DNA of 63,989 nt, filler included, from Acidimicrobiia bacterium (GCA_046759765.1; 16 parts of 16 records of this genome joined end to end with filler, not necessarily neighbours in it); one strand, 5' to 3'; numbered from the whole stretch's first letter, positions 8,709 to 19,703 are shown. Notes: a model not told the origin generated them from the letters alone. Program-made: numbers and translations.

Positions 8709-8758
8709 TCAGTCGATTCTGAACCCAGCGCTTCCTACGACAATCAGTGTTGCCAAGC
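8709..8758 (-). CDS. C-terminus of a small hydrophobic peptide (...LATLIVVGSAGFRID*), 5' end cut by contig edge
   Basis: minus-strand codons TTG GCA ACA CTG ATT GTC GTA GGA AGC GCT GGG TTC AGA ATC GAC TGA ending 42 nt upstream of the HD-GYP start; missed by the ORF track. Confidence 0.55.
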
Positions 8759-8858
8759 NNNNNNNNNNNNNNNNNNNNNNNNNNNNNNNNNNNNNNNNNN
8801 NNTTAATTAATTAANNNNNNNNNNNNNNNNNNNNNNNNNNNNNNNNNNNNNNNNNNNN

Positions 8859-9559
8859 AGGCCCACCAGTCCGAGATCGCCGCGCTGGTGACTCGCATGG
8901 CCACCGGAATGGTGTGGGCGAGCAGAACTTTCCAGGACCAGGACGGCGTCCTCGCAGACATTGCACAGCTACAGCGGTATTGCCACATAGTGATCGGTGA
9001 GCCGACCCAATTCGTACTGCGCTTGATCGCTCGCCGCCCGCTGAACCCGACGGAGACCCACGATGCTCTGGAAGTAAGCGAGTTGATCCAGCTGGCGAAC
9101 GTCACCCGCGACATCGAGCGTGACCTGGCCCGCGGCGTTGCATACCACCCCGCACTAGCCCCCTATCTCGGAAGCCAACCATCGACTCAAGAGGCAATCG
9201 ACACGGTGCAGCGGGCAAGGCTCTCCTTGACCCGGGCGGCGTTGAGTCGAGTACCGGCCTATCGGCGGCTAGCGGACGCCATCCATCTGCGAACTGTCAG
9301 TCCCGAACGAGGTGCGGCCGTCGCAATGCTCCAATTCACGGCAGGGCACTACGAGCGCCAAGCCGCGCTGCTAGGCCTGCCCAAGGCTCGCCGCGCCTCC
9401 CCCAAGGGCAGCGTCGTGGCTGCGGCGCTGGCCGCCGGAGTGTCGCGAAGGTGGGCTGATCGGCAGCTCGAGCGGAGCGAGCGTCGGATGCTGTCGCTGG
9501 CCGCCGCGCTCGAGAGCCTCCCGGAGAGCGCAGTGACTCCTCGTAGGAGAGACACCTGA
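8859..9559 (+). CDS. squalene/phytoene synthase family protein (5' truncated)
   Basis: MATGM, LQRYCHIV.G, QLANVTRDIERDLARG motifs. Confidence 0.75.
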
Positions 9560-9580
9560 CTCGGATAGCCGGAAGAGAGG

Positions 9581-9946
9581 TCAGTCCTCGTCGCCCGTCC
9601 TCGACGCCGACGGAAGGACCCGCATCGATTGCGGTCGCGGCTTGCGGCCTCGCAACAATCCCCAAATGCCCAGGCCGAGCGCAAAGGTGAACACGATCAC
9701 ACCTTCGAGGAACAGCGTCCGAGCCGACCGGACACACTGCTGGGCCTCGGCGGGACGTTCAACATCGCGCTCAGCGTCGCCGACGATCAACCCCCACGGA
9801 CTAGGGCACTCGATCGAGACCTGCTCCAAACCTCCTAGCTCGTCGACGACCCAGCGCTCAACCGGCTTGTTGAACGTGGTGAACACCAGCGAGTAGGTCA
9901 GCGCAATGCCGGCGATCAGAACAATGATCCCCGAAGTCCGGTACAT
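9581..9946 (-). CDS. hypothetical two-TM membrane protein
   Basis: two hydrophobic helices flanking a loop with two Cys. Confidence 0.6.
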   Translation of the reverse strand: MYRTSGIIVLIAGIALTYSLVFTTFNKPVERWVVDELGGLEQVSIECPSPWGLIVGDAERDVERPAEAQQCVRSARTLFLEGVIVFTFALGLGIWGLLRGRKPRPQSMRVLPSASRTGDED

Positions 9947-10016
9947 GAGAACGCAATTGTATCGAGAGTCACAGACCTGCCGGGCCGGTCTGTGATCGGC
10001 ATCTGGACCCGACGGG

Positions 10017-10931
10017 TCAGTCCTCGGCCGGCTGTGCGGGTGGCAGTGAGCTTATGAATCGCCAAAGTGCCGTTAGCTCGTCATCGGTCAGTTCAGAGAA
10101 GATGGGCCAAGGCATGGCTTCGTCGTCCAGCCGGTCGCCGGCAGGCGTGATACCGGTCCGCAGCGCAGTGACAAAGTCGGTTTCGGTCCAAGTCCTCAGA
10201 TTTCCGGCCGGAGTCAGGTTCCTGGGAATCGGCTCGTCGGCGGGAAACTCGACCTGGCTCCCCTTGGGCTTGGTCCCGCCGGCGAAGTCAGTCCCGTGGC
10301 AGATCACGCACACCCCGTTGGCGATGTGGGCCCCGTACTCGATTGAAGGTGGCGGCGCCGGAGCCGGCGGCCGAGGAGCCTCATGGTCAATCAGGGCGGC
10401 CGTTGGGTTCAACAGACCCATGACTGTTCCCAGGCGGCCCATAGGCTTGATGGACGTGTTGGGAAGGATGTTGTCGACCGCAGGAACGTTCTTGAGGTAG
10501 GCGATGATCGCGCCCAGCTCCTCATCGCTGAGGCTGTGCAGAGTCTCGGGCATGATCAGGATCGAACGGCCGCTGGGCTTGATCCCGTGGCGGATCGCCA
10601 ACACCCAGTCCTCGTCCCGGTAGAAGGAACCCACGCCACCCTCGCCGGCCGTGAGATTCGGGGCTACGACCTTGGCCGCCTCGTCCTCGAACAGTATGTC
10701 CCCCTCCATGTGGTCGCCATGACAGGCGGCACACCCGGCCCAGGTGGTGGCGAGGTGCTCCCCAAACGCGATCGAATCCGCGTCGGTCGGGACTGCTACA
10801 GGGGAGGGCTCCACGTCGTAGGTCTTGCGGAGCTCGAGCTCGGACAGGACGAAGATCGCCAGGCCGGCCAGCAGCACCAGCCCCATCAATCCGACTACTA
10901 CGTAGATCAGCCATCTAATGACTCTGGCCAT
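10017..10931 (-). CDS. membrane-anchored diheme cytochrome c
   Basis: N-terminal TM; CAACH and CVICH, each followed by PNLT/RNLT and MP (Met ligand) motifs. Confidence 0.88.
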   Translation of the reverse strand: MARVIRWLIYVVVGLMGLVLLAGLAIFVLSELELRKTYDVEPSPVAVPTDADSIAFGEHLATTWAGCAACHGDHMEGDILFEDEAAKVVAPNLTAGEGGVGSFYRDEDWVLAIRHGIKPSGRSILIMPETLHSLSDEELGAIIAYLKNVPAVDNILPNTSIKPMGRLGTVMGLLNPTAALIDHEAPRPPAPAPPPSIEYGAHIANGVCVICHGTDFAGGTKPKGSQVEFPADEPIPRNLTPAGNLRTWTETDFVTALRTGITPAGDRLDDEAMPWPIFSELTDDELTALWRFISSLPPAQPAED

Positions 10932-10978
10932 TGCCTGAAACCTCGGTTACAGGATCCTGAGGGACCGTTACCGAATCG

Positions 10979-11944
10979 TTACGGAGGAGCCTCTCGAGCC
11001 GCCAGAACCGTCAACGCCTGGAAGTCCAGGTTGCCACCGCTGACGACCGCTACGACCCGTTGCATGCCGCGGAGATCTATCTTGCCGGCTAGAAGGGCGG
11101 CTACTGCGGCCGCGCCGGCGCTTTCCGAATAGAGTTTGGCTCTGGTCATAACGGCCTCGAGTCCCGTCAGTATCTCCTCGTCTGTGACCTGAACCAGATC
11201 GTCAACGAATGCCCTCGTGATCTGGAGAGGAAGTTCCCCGGCCATGGGCGCCGCCAGGCCGTCGGCGATCGTGGAGATGTCGGTGAGCTTCACCACTTCG
11301 TTTGCTTCCCAGGCGGCGTGGAGACCTGCCGCTCCTACCGGCTCGACTCCCACGACTCGAGCGGTCGAGCCCGCCAGCTTCAATGCAGCCGCGACCCCCG
11401 AGATGAGGCCGCCGCCGCCCACCGGCACGACGACTAGACCAACGTCGGGCAGGTCTTCGAGTACCTCCAGCCCGATCGTGCCATGGCCGGCAATGAGATG
11501 GCGGTCGTCGAACGGGTGCACGAAGGTAAGGCCGCGTTCAGCTTGCAGCTTCCACATCTGGTCGAAGACCTCAGACAGTGGCCCGTTGAGGACTACTTCC
11601 GCTCCGTAGCCCCGGGCGGCGCCGGCCTTGGTAGCGGGAGCATTCTCCGGCATCACTACCACGCAGTGCACGCCCACCTCGCGTGCGGCCCAGGCGAGTC
11701 CCTGGGCGGCGTTGCCGGCTGAGGCCGTGATCAGGCCCGCCTGAAGCTCCTTGTGCGACGTGTTCAGCACCCGGTTGAGCATGCCCCGCGGCTTGAACGA
11801 GCCGGTCTTCTGGAACAGCTCGGCCTTGAGCCAGAGCTCGACGCCCAGCTGCTCACCCAGCTGGCTGGAGCGAAGCAGGGGGGTGCGATGAAGCGCGGGA
11901 GAGATCGCGTCGCGAGCACTAAGAACGTCATCAAGCTCGATCAT
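10979..11944 (-). CDS. PLP-dependent threonine/serine dehydratase (racemase-like, no regulatory domain)
   Basis: KAELFQKTGSFKPRG, SAGN, VGGGGLISG, VVSGGN. Confidence 0.9.
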   Translation of the reverse strand: MIELDDVLSARDAISPALHRTPLLRSSQLGEQLGVELWLKAELFQKTGSFKPRGMLNRVLNTSHKELQAGLITASAGNAAQGLAWAAREVGVHCVVVMPENAPATKAGAARGYGAEVVLNGPLSEVFDQMWKLQAERGLTFVHPFDDRHLIAGHGTIGLEVLEDLPDVGLVVVPVGGGGLISGVAAALKLAGSTARVVGVEPVGAAGLHAAWEANEVVKLTDISTIADGLAAPMAGELPLQITRAFVDDLVQVTDEEILTGLEAVMTRAKLYSESAGAAAVAALLAGKIDLRGMQRVVAVVSGGNLDFQALTVLAAREAPP

Positions 11945-11977
11945 TGGGCGAGGCTCAGGCTGAGGCCGGTGGATGGT

Positions 11978-13051
11978 TCACCATCCGCTTCCGCCCCCGC
12001 CTCCCCCTCCTCCAAAGCCACCGCCGCCGCCGAAGCCCCCGAACCGGCCGGAGCTCCAACCCCCACCCCCCCCCCAGCTTCCCCCACCGCCTCCGCCGCC
12101 GAAGGTCCCTCCTCCGAAGCCTCCGAACCATGACGGCGTGTCATCGGACCACGAGCGGTCGCGGTAGACGGGTTCCCACCCGAACGACCCACCGTGGCCG
12201 CGGGTGATCACCCAGTGGTAGTAGAAGAACGTGAACGGATCGAAGTACCCCAGCATCGGAGGCAGTGGCCGCCCTGTCCACGAGTCTTCCTGCCGTGCCG
12301 TCCCGGCATGGGCGAGCTGCGGTGCGAAACGATCCGCATCCTCGATGTCTGACCTCGCCAGCGCCTGTCGTTGGGCCGCGTATGCCAGCGCAAACTCCTG
12401 GGTCCCACGGGGATCGGAGGCCCCGAAGGCCGCGGCCACGTCGGCATACGACCCTTCGAGTCCGAGCGCCTCCAGTGCGTCTCGAGCCTCGAGCCACCTG
12501 CGGACGGCTTGCGCCGGCTCCAATGAGACAGCCAATATGCCGGCGATCGTTCTCCGTGTGTCGCCGGTGACGTCGTGGTCACCCAACTCGGCGAAGACCT
12601 TCTCGTACACCTCGAAACCGTCTTCGCTTCGCCTCATCAAGGCGGCGGTGATCGAAACCGGCAATCCGCTCTTTTCAGCTCGAGCGCGCACCGCGCGTAT
12701 CTCGCGAGGACTGGAGAGGCCGGCGAGCGCATACTCGACCGATTCGGACGGATCCAGCCCGTCGGCCCGGTTGCGCCGATAGGACCTCACGAACTCGTCT
12801 GTCGCGAGCTCATCGTGGTTCAACAGCAGGAGCGCGGCGAGCGCGGCCACGTCGAGGCCGTCCCGAGTGAAGAGCGATTCCGATTCCCGAATCAGGCGCC
12901 GCACTCTTTCGTACCTCTCTACCGCGCTGTCCAGGTCATCGTCCACATCGGCCAACGCGGCCGCTACGGCTGGCCGGGCGACGTTATCGGGGAGCTTGTC
13001 GTAAAGAGCTTGGAGGCGGCCGGCCTTTTCGGTTGCCACCTCGGAGGTCGC
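11978..13051 (-). CDS. hypothetical helical protein with Gly-rich C-terminal tail (5' truncated)
   Basis: long ORF running from contig edge, ending in FGGFGGGGGFGGGGGGGGSGW. Confidence 0.65.
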   Translation of the reverse strand, partial: ATSEVATEKAGRLQALYDKLPDNVARPAVAAALADVDDDLDSAVERYERVRRLIRESESLFTRDGLDVAALAALLLLNHDELATDEFVRSYRRNRADGLDPSESVEYALAGLSSPREIRAVRARAEKSGLPVSITAALMRRSEDGFEVYEKVFAELGDHDVTGDTRRTIAGILAVSLEPAQAVRRWLEARDALEALGLEGSYADVAAAFGASDPRGTQEFALAYAAQRQALARSDIEDADRFAPQLAHAGTARQEDSWTGRPLPPMLGYFDPFTFFYYHWVITRGHGGSFGWEPVYRDRSWSDDTPSWFGGFGGGTFGGGGGGGSWGGGGGWSSGRFGGFGGGGGFGGGGGGGGSGW

Positions 13052-13151
13052 NNNNNNNNNNNNNNNNNNNNNNNNNNNNNNNNNNNNNNNNNNNNTTAAT
13101 TAATTAANNNNNNNNNNNNNNNNNNNNNNNNNNNNNNNNNNNNNNNNNNNN

Positions 13152-13543
13152 ATGGGCTGCCTTTTGCAATCTTCTTGCTAACCGCTTTCATCGCCGCCTT
13201 ACCCAAGGACCTGTTCGAGTCGGCGTTCATAGACGGAGCCTCGCACCTCACCGCCTTCTTCCGGTTGGTGCTGCCGCTCTCGATTCCTGCCTTGGCCGCG
13301 CTGGCGATCTTCCAGTTCCTCTGGGTCTGGAACGACTTGCTGGTGGCGCTGATCTACCTGGGAGGGACGGCCGAGGTAGCGCCGCTTACGGTGGCCGTGA
13401 GCAACCTGGTCTCCGCGCAGGGAAGTGCCTGGGAGCTGCTGACCGCTGCCGCTTTCGTTTCGATGCTGCTGCCGCTGATCGTGTTCTTGGCGATGCAACG
13501 GCATTTCGTGCGGGGCATAACGGCCGGAGCCGTCAAAGGCTGA
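13152..13543 (+). CDS. carbohydrate ABC transporter permease (5' truncated)
   Basis: EAA loop ESAFIDGAS, FQFLWVWNDLL, QRHFVRGITAGAVKG. Confidence 0.9.
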
Positions 13544-13597
13544 GTCTGGCTCCCTAGGCCGGTAACCGCGGCGCCCTCCTCCCTACACTCGCCGGAG

Positions 13598-15337
13598 ATG
13601 GCCTACGCCAAGGATGATATCGAGAGGGTCCGCCAGGCGACCAACCTCGTCGAGCTGATCGAAGCGACCACAACCGTCAAGAAGTCAGGGCGGTCCTTCA
13701 AGGCGATCTGTCCCTTCCATCAGGAGAAGACGCCGTCCCTATCGATCGACCCTGCCAAGGGCGTCTATTACTGCTTCGGCTGCGGGGTAGGCGGCGACGT
13801 CTTCACGTTCGTCGAGGAGACCCAAGGCCTGGATTTCAACGAAGCGGTCGAGGAGCTGGCCGCCGCGGCCGGGGTTACCCTCCGCCGTGACCCGGGTGCG
13901 GACCGACGCCGAGGTGAGCGTACGGACTCGGTTGAGGCAGTTGAGGCGGCGATTGCCTTCTACGTCGAACGCCTCAAGTCCGGGGACGACGCCGGGCCCG
14001 CCCGCGCCTATCTGCGTAGCAGGGGCTACGACGCCGAGATAGTCGAGCAGTTTCAGATCGGTTACTCGCCGACCGCTTGGGATGACCTCGTTCAGCATCT
14101 ACGGGCCAAGGAAGTGAAGGACCGCGTCATGTTGCGGGCAGGTTTGGCGCGACGTGATCGCCAAGGACGCCTGATCGACTACTTCCGCGGACGGATCCTG
14201 TTCCCGATCTTCGACCTCCGAGGGGATCCGGTCGGGTTCGGCGGCAGAAAGCTCGAGGGCGAGGGACCCAAATACCTGAACAGTCCAGAGACCTCGATCT
14301 ACCAGAAGGCCAGGCTCTTGTATGGACTGAACTGGGCCAAGTCGGAGATCTCGCGGCGTGACTACGCCCTCGTGGTCGAGGGCTACACGGACGTGATCGC
14401 GCTTCACATGGCGGGACTGCCGCTCGCCGTGGCGACGTGTGGGACGGCCCTGGGAGATGATCATTTCGATCTGCTACGGCGCTTCTGTGACCGGGTGATC
14501 CTCGCTTTCGACGCCGACGCGGCGGGTGCGGGAGCGGCGGTAAGGGCGGACGATCTACATCTTCCCGCCGACCTATCGCTGGATCTGCGGGTGGCGATCA
14601 TGCCTGATGGTCGAGACCCCGCCGACGTGGTGCAAGACGGCGACCTCGACTTGCTCCAGAAGGCGCTTGACGACTCGGAACCGGTGGTCCAGTTCCGGAT
14701 CGATCAGGAACTAGCGGGCTTCGAGCTCGACGAGCCGGAGGGGAGAGCGCGAGCCGTGCGAGCCGTGATTCCGCACGTTGCTCGGCTGAGCGATGGCATC
14801 GCCCGACGCGAGTACGCAGGGTTCATCGCCCGGCGGACGGGGGTCGATCGCGACGCGATCCTGGCCGAGGTCGAGCGGGCGGCCGTCAGGCGCGCTCGGC
14901 CCTCGACCGAGCAGGAGGACGAGTCTCGACTCACCGGACCGCTCAGAGGCGAGCGGGAGCTGCTCCGTCTACTGCTCTCCGGAGATGCACAGGTGGGAGC
15001 GCTCGAGATCTCCGCCGACTTGTTCAAAGACACTCTCCATCGAGAGGCTTTCGAGGTGATCGAGAACGAGGCGAGGTCTACCGGCGAGCCGCTCGACCTG
15101 GGGAGCCTGCTGGGCGACCGGCAGGATGATGCGGCTCGACTGCTACGACGATTGGCCGTCGATTCGTCGCCCCTGGCAGACGGCCCCGAGCTACTCGATC
15201 GTCTGGAGCGGGCCCGCGTCGCCGACGAGATCTCAGACCTGCGCCGGCAGCTCGAGAATCTGGATCCCGCCTCGGACGACTATTCAGCTGCGTTCCAGCA
15301 GTTGATAGATTTGGAACAGCGCAAGAGAGACGAGTAG
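13598..15337 (+). CDS. dnaG: DNA primase
   Basis: [14 protein letters not shown] zinc finger, [20 protein letters not shown] and FDAD. Confidence 0.97.
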   Translation: MAYAKDDIERVRQATNLVELIEATTTVKKSGRSFKAICPFHQEKTPSLSIDPAKGVYYCFGCGVGGDVFTFVEETQGLDFNEAVEELAAAAGVTLRRDPGADRRRGERTDSVEAVEAAIAFYVERLKSGDDAGPARAYLRSRGYDAEIVEQFQIGYSPTAWDDLVQHLRAKEVKDRVMLRAGLARRDRQGRLIDYFRGRILFPIFDLRGDPVGFGGRKLEGEGPKYLNSPETSIYQKARLLYGLNWAKSEISRRDYALVVEGYTDVIALHMAGLPLAVATCGTALGDDHFDLLRRFCDRVILAFDADAAGAGAAVRADDLHLPADLSLDLRVAIMPDGRDPADVVQDGDLDLLQKALDDSEPVVQFRIDQELAGFELDEPEGRARAVRAVIPHVARLSDGIARREYAGFIARRTGVDRDAILAEVERAAVRRARPSTEQEDESRLTGPLRGERELLRLLLSGDAQVGALEISADLFKDTLHREAFEVIENEARSTGEPLDLGSLLGDRQDDAARLLRRLAVDSSPLADGPELLDRLERARVADEISDLRRQLENLDPASDDYSAAFQQLIDLEQRKRDE

Positions 15338-15344
15338 GCGTGTC

Positions 15345-16475
15345 ATGAATCCGACCGTCCAAGGAGTTGTAGATCGTCTTTCCGAAAGGGGATCCCAGCG
15401 GGGATTCCTAACGGTGGACGAGATCCAGCATGAGCTGGTCGAAGCCGAGGCACCCGCGGAGGCTTTCGACTCCGTCATCGATGAGCTCCGTGAGGCAGGG
15501 ATTCCTCTCGAGGAGGAGCCCGACGAGCATCTCTTCGACCCGGTGGCGGATGACTTGGTATCCGTCTCTGACCCAGTCCGGATGTACCTGCACGAGATCG
15601 GCCGTGTACCGCTGCTGACGCCGCGCCAGGAAGTCGACTTGGCGATGCAGATCGAGGCCGGAAAGAGGGCGGAGAAACGACTGGCCGAAACCTCGGAGCT
15701 CACTGTGGAGGATCGGGTCATCCTCGAGCGTGCTGTGCGAGCCGGAGAAAGGGCGGAGGAGCGAGTCATCGAAGCGAATCTGCGTTTGGTCGTATCCATC
15801 GCCAAGAAATACGTCGGCCGAGGAATGCCGATGCTGGATCTGATCCAGGAGGGAAACCTTGGCCTGATGCGGGCGGTGGAGAAGTTCGACTACCGCAAGG
15901 GCTTCAAGTTCTCTACCTATGCGACCTGGTGGATTCGTCAGGCGGTAACCAGGGCTTTGGCCGATCAGGGCCGCACCATCCGGGTGCCGGTCCACATGGT
16001 GGAGACCATCAACAAGCTTTCCGTAGCGCAGCGGACATTGATGCAAGAGCTGGGTCGGGAGCCAAGCATCGAGGAAATCGCCGCCGAGTTGGAGGTTGAC
16101 CCCGACCGGGTCACGGAGCTGGCTCGGATCGCCCAAGACCCGGTTTCGCTGGAAACGCCACTCGGCGTGGAAGAAGACTCAACGCTCGGTGACTTCGTCG
16201 AGGACTCGGATGCGGTAGTTCCAGTCGAGGCGGCGTCGTTCAAGCTCCTCCAGGAATACGTCGCTCATGCGCTAGAGGACCTCAACGAACGGGAGCGCCA
16301 GGTGATCATCATGAGATTCGGCCTCGACGACGGCCGTGTCAGAACTCTGGAAGAGGTCGGCGCTTACTTCGACGTGACCCGGGAGCGGATACGTCAGCTG
16401 GAGACGAAGGCACTGGCCAAGCTTCGGCACCCCGCCCTCTCGAAGCGGCTCGAGGGGTATCTGGAGGAGGGCTAG
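15345..16475 (+). CDS. rpoD: principal RNA polymerase sigma-70 factor
   Basis: [45 protein letters not shown]; follows dnaG. Confidence 0.95.
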   Translation: MNPTVQGVVDRLSERGSQRGFLTVDEIQHELVEAEAPAEAFDSVIDELREAGIPLEEEPDEHLFDPVADDLVSVSDPVRMYLHEIGRVPLLTPRQEVDLAMQIEAGKRAEKRLAETSELTVEDRVILERAVRAGERAEERVIEANLRLVVSIAKKYVGRGMPMLDLIQEGNLGLMRAVEKFDYRKGFKFSTYATWWIRQAVTRALADQGRTIRVPVHMVETINKLSVAQRTLMQELGREPSIEEIAAELEVDPDRVTELARIAQDPVSLETPLGVEEDSTLGDFVEDSDAVVPVEAASFKLLQEYVAHALEDLNERERQVIIMRFGLDDGRVRTLEEVGAYFDVTRERIRQLETKALAKLRHPALSKRLEGYLEEG

Positions 16476-16478
16476 GAC

Positions 16479-16724
16479 TCAGCCCGAAGCTGACTCTCGC
16501 AGCACACGCGAAGCGTCTTCCATCCGCTCGCCAAGGTATTCGTTGACCCCATCCGTGGTCCCGTCGATGAAGTCCTGGCCTACTCCGGCCACACTCCTGA
16601 TCGGTTCCTTCCTCCCAAGCCGATCGAGGAACTCCTGGACCTCGTGGTAACGGCGGTGACCCACTTCGACTCCGATCAGAAAGCCAATCACTCCGCCGGC
16701 CGCCACCCCTGTCCGAAACTTCAT
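16479..16724 (-). CDS. small hypothetical protein with N-terminal hydrophobic Gly-rich helix
   Basis: MKFRTGVAAGGVIGFLIG...; GAGGAG RBS. Confidence 0.6.
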   Translation of the reverse strand: MKFRTGVAAGGVIGFLIGVEVGHRRYHEVQEFLDRLGRKEPIRSVAGVGQDFIDGTTDGVNEYLGERMEDASRVLRESASG

Positions 16725-16790
16725 GTTGTCTCCTCGGTTGAGCGGGCATTGTGACACACGGGCGTAAGCTGTGAGCCGGCCGTACCCGGT

Positions 16791-16837
16791 TTCCTGTCAA
16801 TCGCAGCCGCGCCTTCTGCGGCTCAGATTGACAGGAA
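16791..16837. repeat. 47-bp REP-like palindrome (third copy)
   Basis: TTCCTGTCAATCGCAGCCGCGCCTTCTGCGGCTCAGATTGACAGGAA followed by CGCGG. Confidence 0.85.
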
Positions 16838-16851
16838 CGCGGTCGCGCTAT

Positions 16852-16925
16852 TCCGGGGTAGCTCAATTCGGCAGAGCAGCGGACTGTTAATCCGTTGGTT
16901 GTGGGTTCGAGTCCCACCCCCGGAG
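16852..16925 (+). tRNA. tRNA-Asn(GTT)
   Basis: TCCGGGG/CCCCGGA acceptor stem, TAGCTCA D arm, CGGA-CTGTTAA-TCCG anticodon arm, GTTCGAG T loop. Confidence 0.96.
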
Positions 16926-17441
16926 CTACAACCGGTGTTCAGCCCTGGCCTTGTGCCGCGCAGGGATGTCACGATGTAGCCACTTACACGATCTGGGCTC
17001 AACAGAGCGTAGAGCCGGTCGATCACCTCGTACAGGTAGCCGCCAAAGAGGTAAAGGAAAGCGACGACGCCGTGGTGGTCTTCCCATCGAAGGAGCGTCT
17101 CGCTCGGTCGTGAGATGATCCTTGGTGTCAGCGACGTCGATCGCGTCTGTGAGCGGCTGGCTCTCGTGACGCTTCTCGCGCTTCCGAAGCGTCCAAGCCA
17201 CGATGACCGTCCATGCGGTCCAGCAAAGCTCAGGCCCAGCATCGTCCCTTATGCCGGTCGAGGCGGCCAGGCTGTATCACCCGACGAAGCCATGGGTGCT
17301 AGAACTGAAGAGACTCGTCAGGTGGGCGCCTTGGAGTCACCNNNNNNNNNNNNNNNNNNNNNNNNNNNNNNNNNNNNNNNNNNNNTTAATTAATTAANNN
17401 NNNNNNNNNNNNNNNNNNNNNNNNNNNNNNNNNNNNNNNNN

Positions 17442-18207
17442 CGTTGGGGTGATCAAGGTGCTTGCCCCGCTGCACCATGGGCTTGAGCTTGAGTGCCAGC
17501 CATTTGGGACCGTGAAACACCTGCACATTGACTTCCCCATCGGCGGGATCGGCGTGGGGTGCCATCTTCATGCCGCCGCCGAGAAAGCGGGCGTTGGAGA
17601 GAACGATCATCAAGGCATCCCCCTCGAACCACCGCTTTCCGCAAGTGACCTCTGCCTGAGCATGCGGATGTTTGATGAGCGCCGGCCAGATGCCGAGCTG
17701 ATAACGAAAGGCACCCATCCACGACGGCAACCGGTCAACCTGTTCTACAACGCCGGCCGTCAAGCCGCAGCCGGCGGAGTTCACGAAGAGCCGCTCCCCC
17801 CACGGCCCTCGAAGCCGAACGGCGTCCAGGGGAGCAGTCTCGGTTCCGACCAGGTGGCTCGCAGCCTCTTCGAGATCCTGCGAGATCCCGAAGGTTCGGA
17901 TCAGGTCACAACCGGTTCCCGAAGGCAGTACCCCAATGGTTGGTGGGCTGCCCCATTCCGACTGCAGGAGTGCGTTGACGACGAGGTTGACCGTCCCGTC
18001 TCCCCCCACAGCCAGGAACCGAGAAAAACCCTTCTCCACGCCCTGGTCGACGAGTTCGAGGAGGTGGGATCCATGATCAGTCGGGTTGAGCTCGGCCTTT
18101 ACCTTGCGCCAGGCGAGCACCTGGTGCACGCGGTCCAGAGCGTCGGTACGACTACCAGCACCCGGGTTGACAACGCCCCACCAACCCTCTGTCCCTTCGC
18201 CCGTCAC
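17442..18207 (-). CDS. diacylglycerol/lipid kinase family protein (3' truncated)
   Basis: VVNPGAG, VGGDGTVN, LPSGTG, FVNSAGCG, N.RFLGGGM..AP.A...DG; GTG overlaps upstream TGA. Confidence 0.88.
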
Positions 18208-19694
18208 AGGATGGAAGGAGTCTCTTCCTCGAGCACCATCTGGCCACGGTCCTCGATGAACGTCAGCCGGCCCTGAGGAACCTCGCTGGTGACGTTCAAG
18301 GCGCCCAGGTCCATCGCCTGCCAGATCTCCTCGAACGGTGCCTGATCCTCCACCCACTTCTCCGCGATCATTACGCCGTGACCCGGTAGAACCGTGAACA
18401 CCACCGTCCTCGGGTCGGCGGGGTCGCGGAGAGCCAGTGAACGGGAGAAGGCTTCCTTGACGCCCATCGCCTGCGCGTCGGAGGCACAGGAAACGAGATA
18501 GTCGTAGTAGGGGGGATCCAGAGGCACGAACTCCACCCGCTCCGGATCGAAGGACCCGATGCCTCGGTGACCATGCAGCTTGGAACGGAGTACCGGCACT
18601 TCACCCTCCGTGTCCCACGAATCTGAGAGTCCGATCCGAGGTAACAGCTGGTCCATCCCCATGAGCTCGACTCCCTCCGACGAGGGTGGCGTCGATTCCA
18701 GGCCTTCAATCGGTCGGAAGAAAGCCCCCATCCCGTTCGGTCTCAGACCCACAATCACAGCCAGGTCATGAGTGGTCACATGGCCTTTATGGACGGGCCG
18801 GATGCTCCCCGTCACTGTCGTCACGAGGCCGCCGAGCTCAGGCTCCCAGGTTCCGAAGCAGCCCTCGCTGTAGTGGTCGGCGACTGCCTTCGAGACCGCG
18901 GGCACCTTCACGAGATCGGCAATGACGACTGGGTCAGTGAAGAATCCGCGCTCATTGAGCTCACCTGAGGCGGCAGACATCGCCTTTGGCGTCGTAAGCC
19001 CGTCCCACATCGCCCTTGGCACAAGCTCAACGGTCGCCTCATGCTCCGCGACATCCTCGGTGGAAACGGTCGTCACCATTCGCAGAACTACATCAGTTGC
19101 GATCTCCGCCGGCGTGCCAGTGCTCTGCGGATGAGCCCCCACCAAGTCGAAGTGAAAGACTCGGGCGGGTTGTTCGTCACCCACGACGAGCAACACTCGG
19201 ATGCTCTTGACCTGCGCTTGCACCGCCCGCTCCAGCGCCAGGATGGGGCCCCCTCGCCTTCCCTGTTCGTGCAGCACCCGGTGGGCGGTGTCGCTCAGGC
19301 CTTGCATTCGAAAGTCTTCAGGATCGGGATCATCCGGCTTCAGGGCGACCTCGAGTTGATCGAGGAGAGCTCGGAACTCGGCCGAAGTTGCGTGCACGAG
19401 GCTGTAGACCACGGGGTCGTGCCTAACCCCAAATTTGGGTCGCAAACGAAAGATCACGGCACGTCGCCACGACAGGGGCCGGGCGAACGGACCACTGGTC
19501 AACACCAAGTCTGTGTTTTCGTCCGGTGCATCCTGGACCACATGACCCTGCCGGACGAACTCCTCTCGTAGCCTCTCCTCGAATTCACCGAGGAGATCGG
19601 TGAGCTCGCCCGGCAGGAACGCAACATGCACGGCTGGAAGGACGGGACGTCCATCCAGCCATCCCGCCGCGGCCGGGTGCCCGACGGCCGTCAT
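18204..19694 (-). CDS. uncharacterised 496-aa protein with C-terminal class II aldolase/adducin-like motifs
   Basis: PPSSE, KLHGH and LPGHG in the order of FucA-type PSSE..HxH..HG motifs. Confidence 0.6.
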   Translation of the reverse strand: MTAVGHPAAAGWLDGRPVLPAVHVAFLPGELTDLLGEFEERLREEFVRQGHVVQDAPDENTDLVLTSGPFARPLSWRRAVIFRLRPKFGVRHDPVVYSLVHATSAEFRALLDQLEVALKPDDPDPEDFRMQGLSDTAHRVLHEQGRRGGPILALERAVQAQVKSIRVLLVVGDEQPARVFHFDLVGAHPQSTGTPAEIATDVVLRMVTTVSTEDVAEHEATVELVPRAMWDGLTTPKAMSAASGELNERGFFTDPVVIADLVKVPAVSKAVADHYSEGCFGTWEPELGGLVTTVTGSIRPVHKGHVTTHDLAVIVGLRPNGMGAFFRPIEGLESTPPSSEGVELMGMDQLLPRIGLSDSWDTEGEVPVLRSKLHGHRGIGSFDPERVEFVPLDPPYYDYLVSCASDAQAMGVKEAFSRSLALRDPADPRTVVFTVLPGHGVMIAEKWVEDQAPFEEIWQAMDLGALNVTSEVPQGRLTFIEDRGQMVLEEETPSIL

Positions 19695-19703
19695 GGGTCT
19701 CCT

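Noticed and set aside
11944..12207. Pro-rich ORFs (PPPPPPKPPPP)
   Set aside because: Antisense shadow of the Gly-rich tail of the minus-strand gene.
16926..17341. Possible island remnant downstream of tRNA-Asn
   Set aside because: Only short overlapping ORFs without recognisable motifs; contig ends too soon to support a call.
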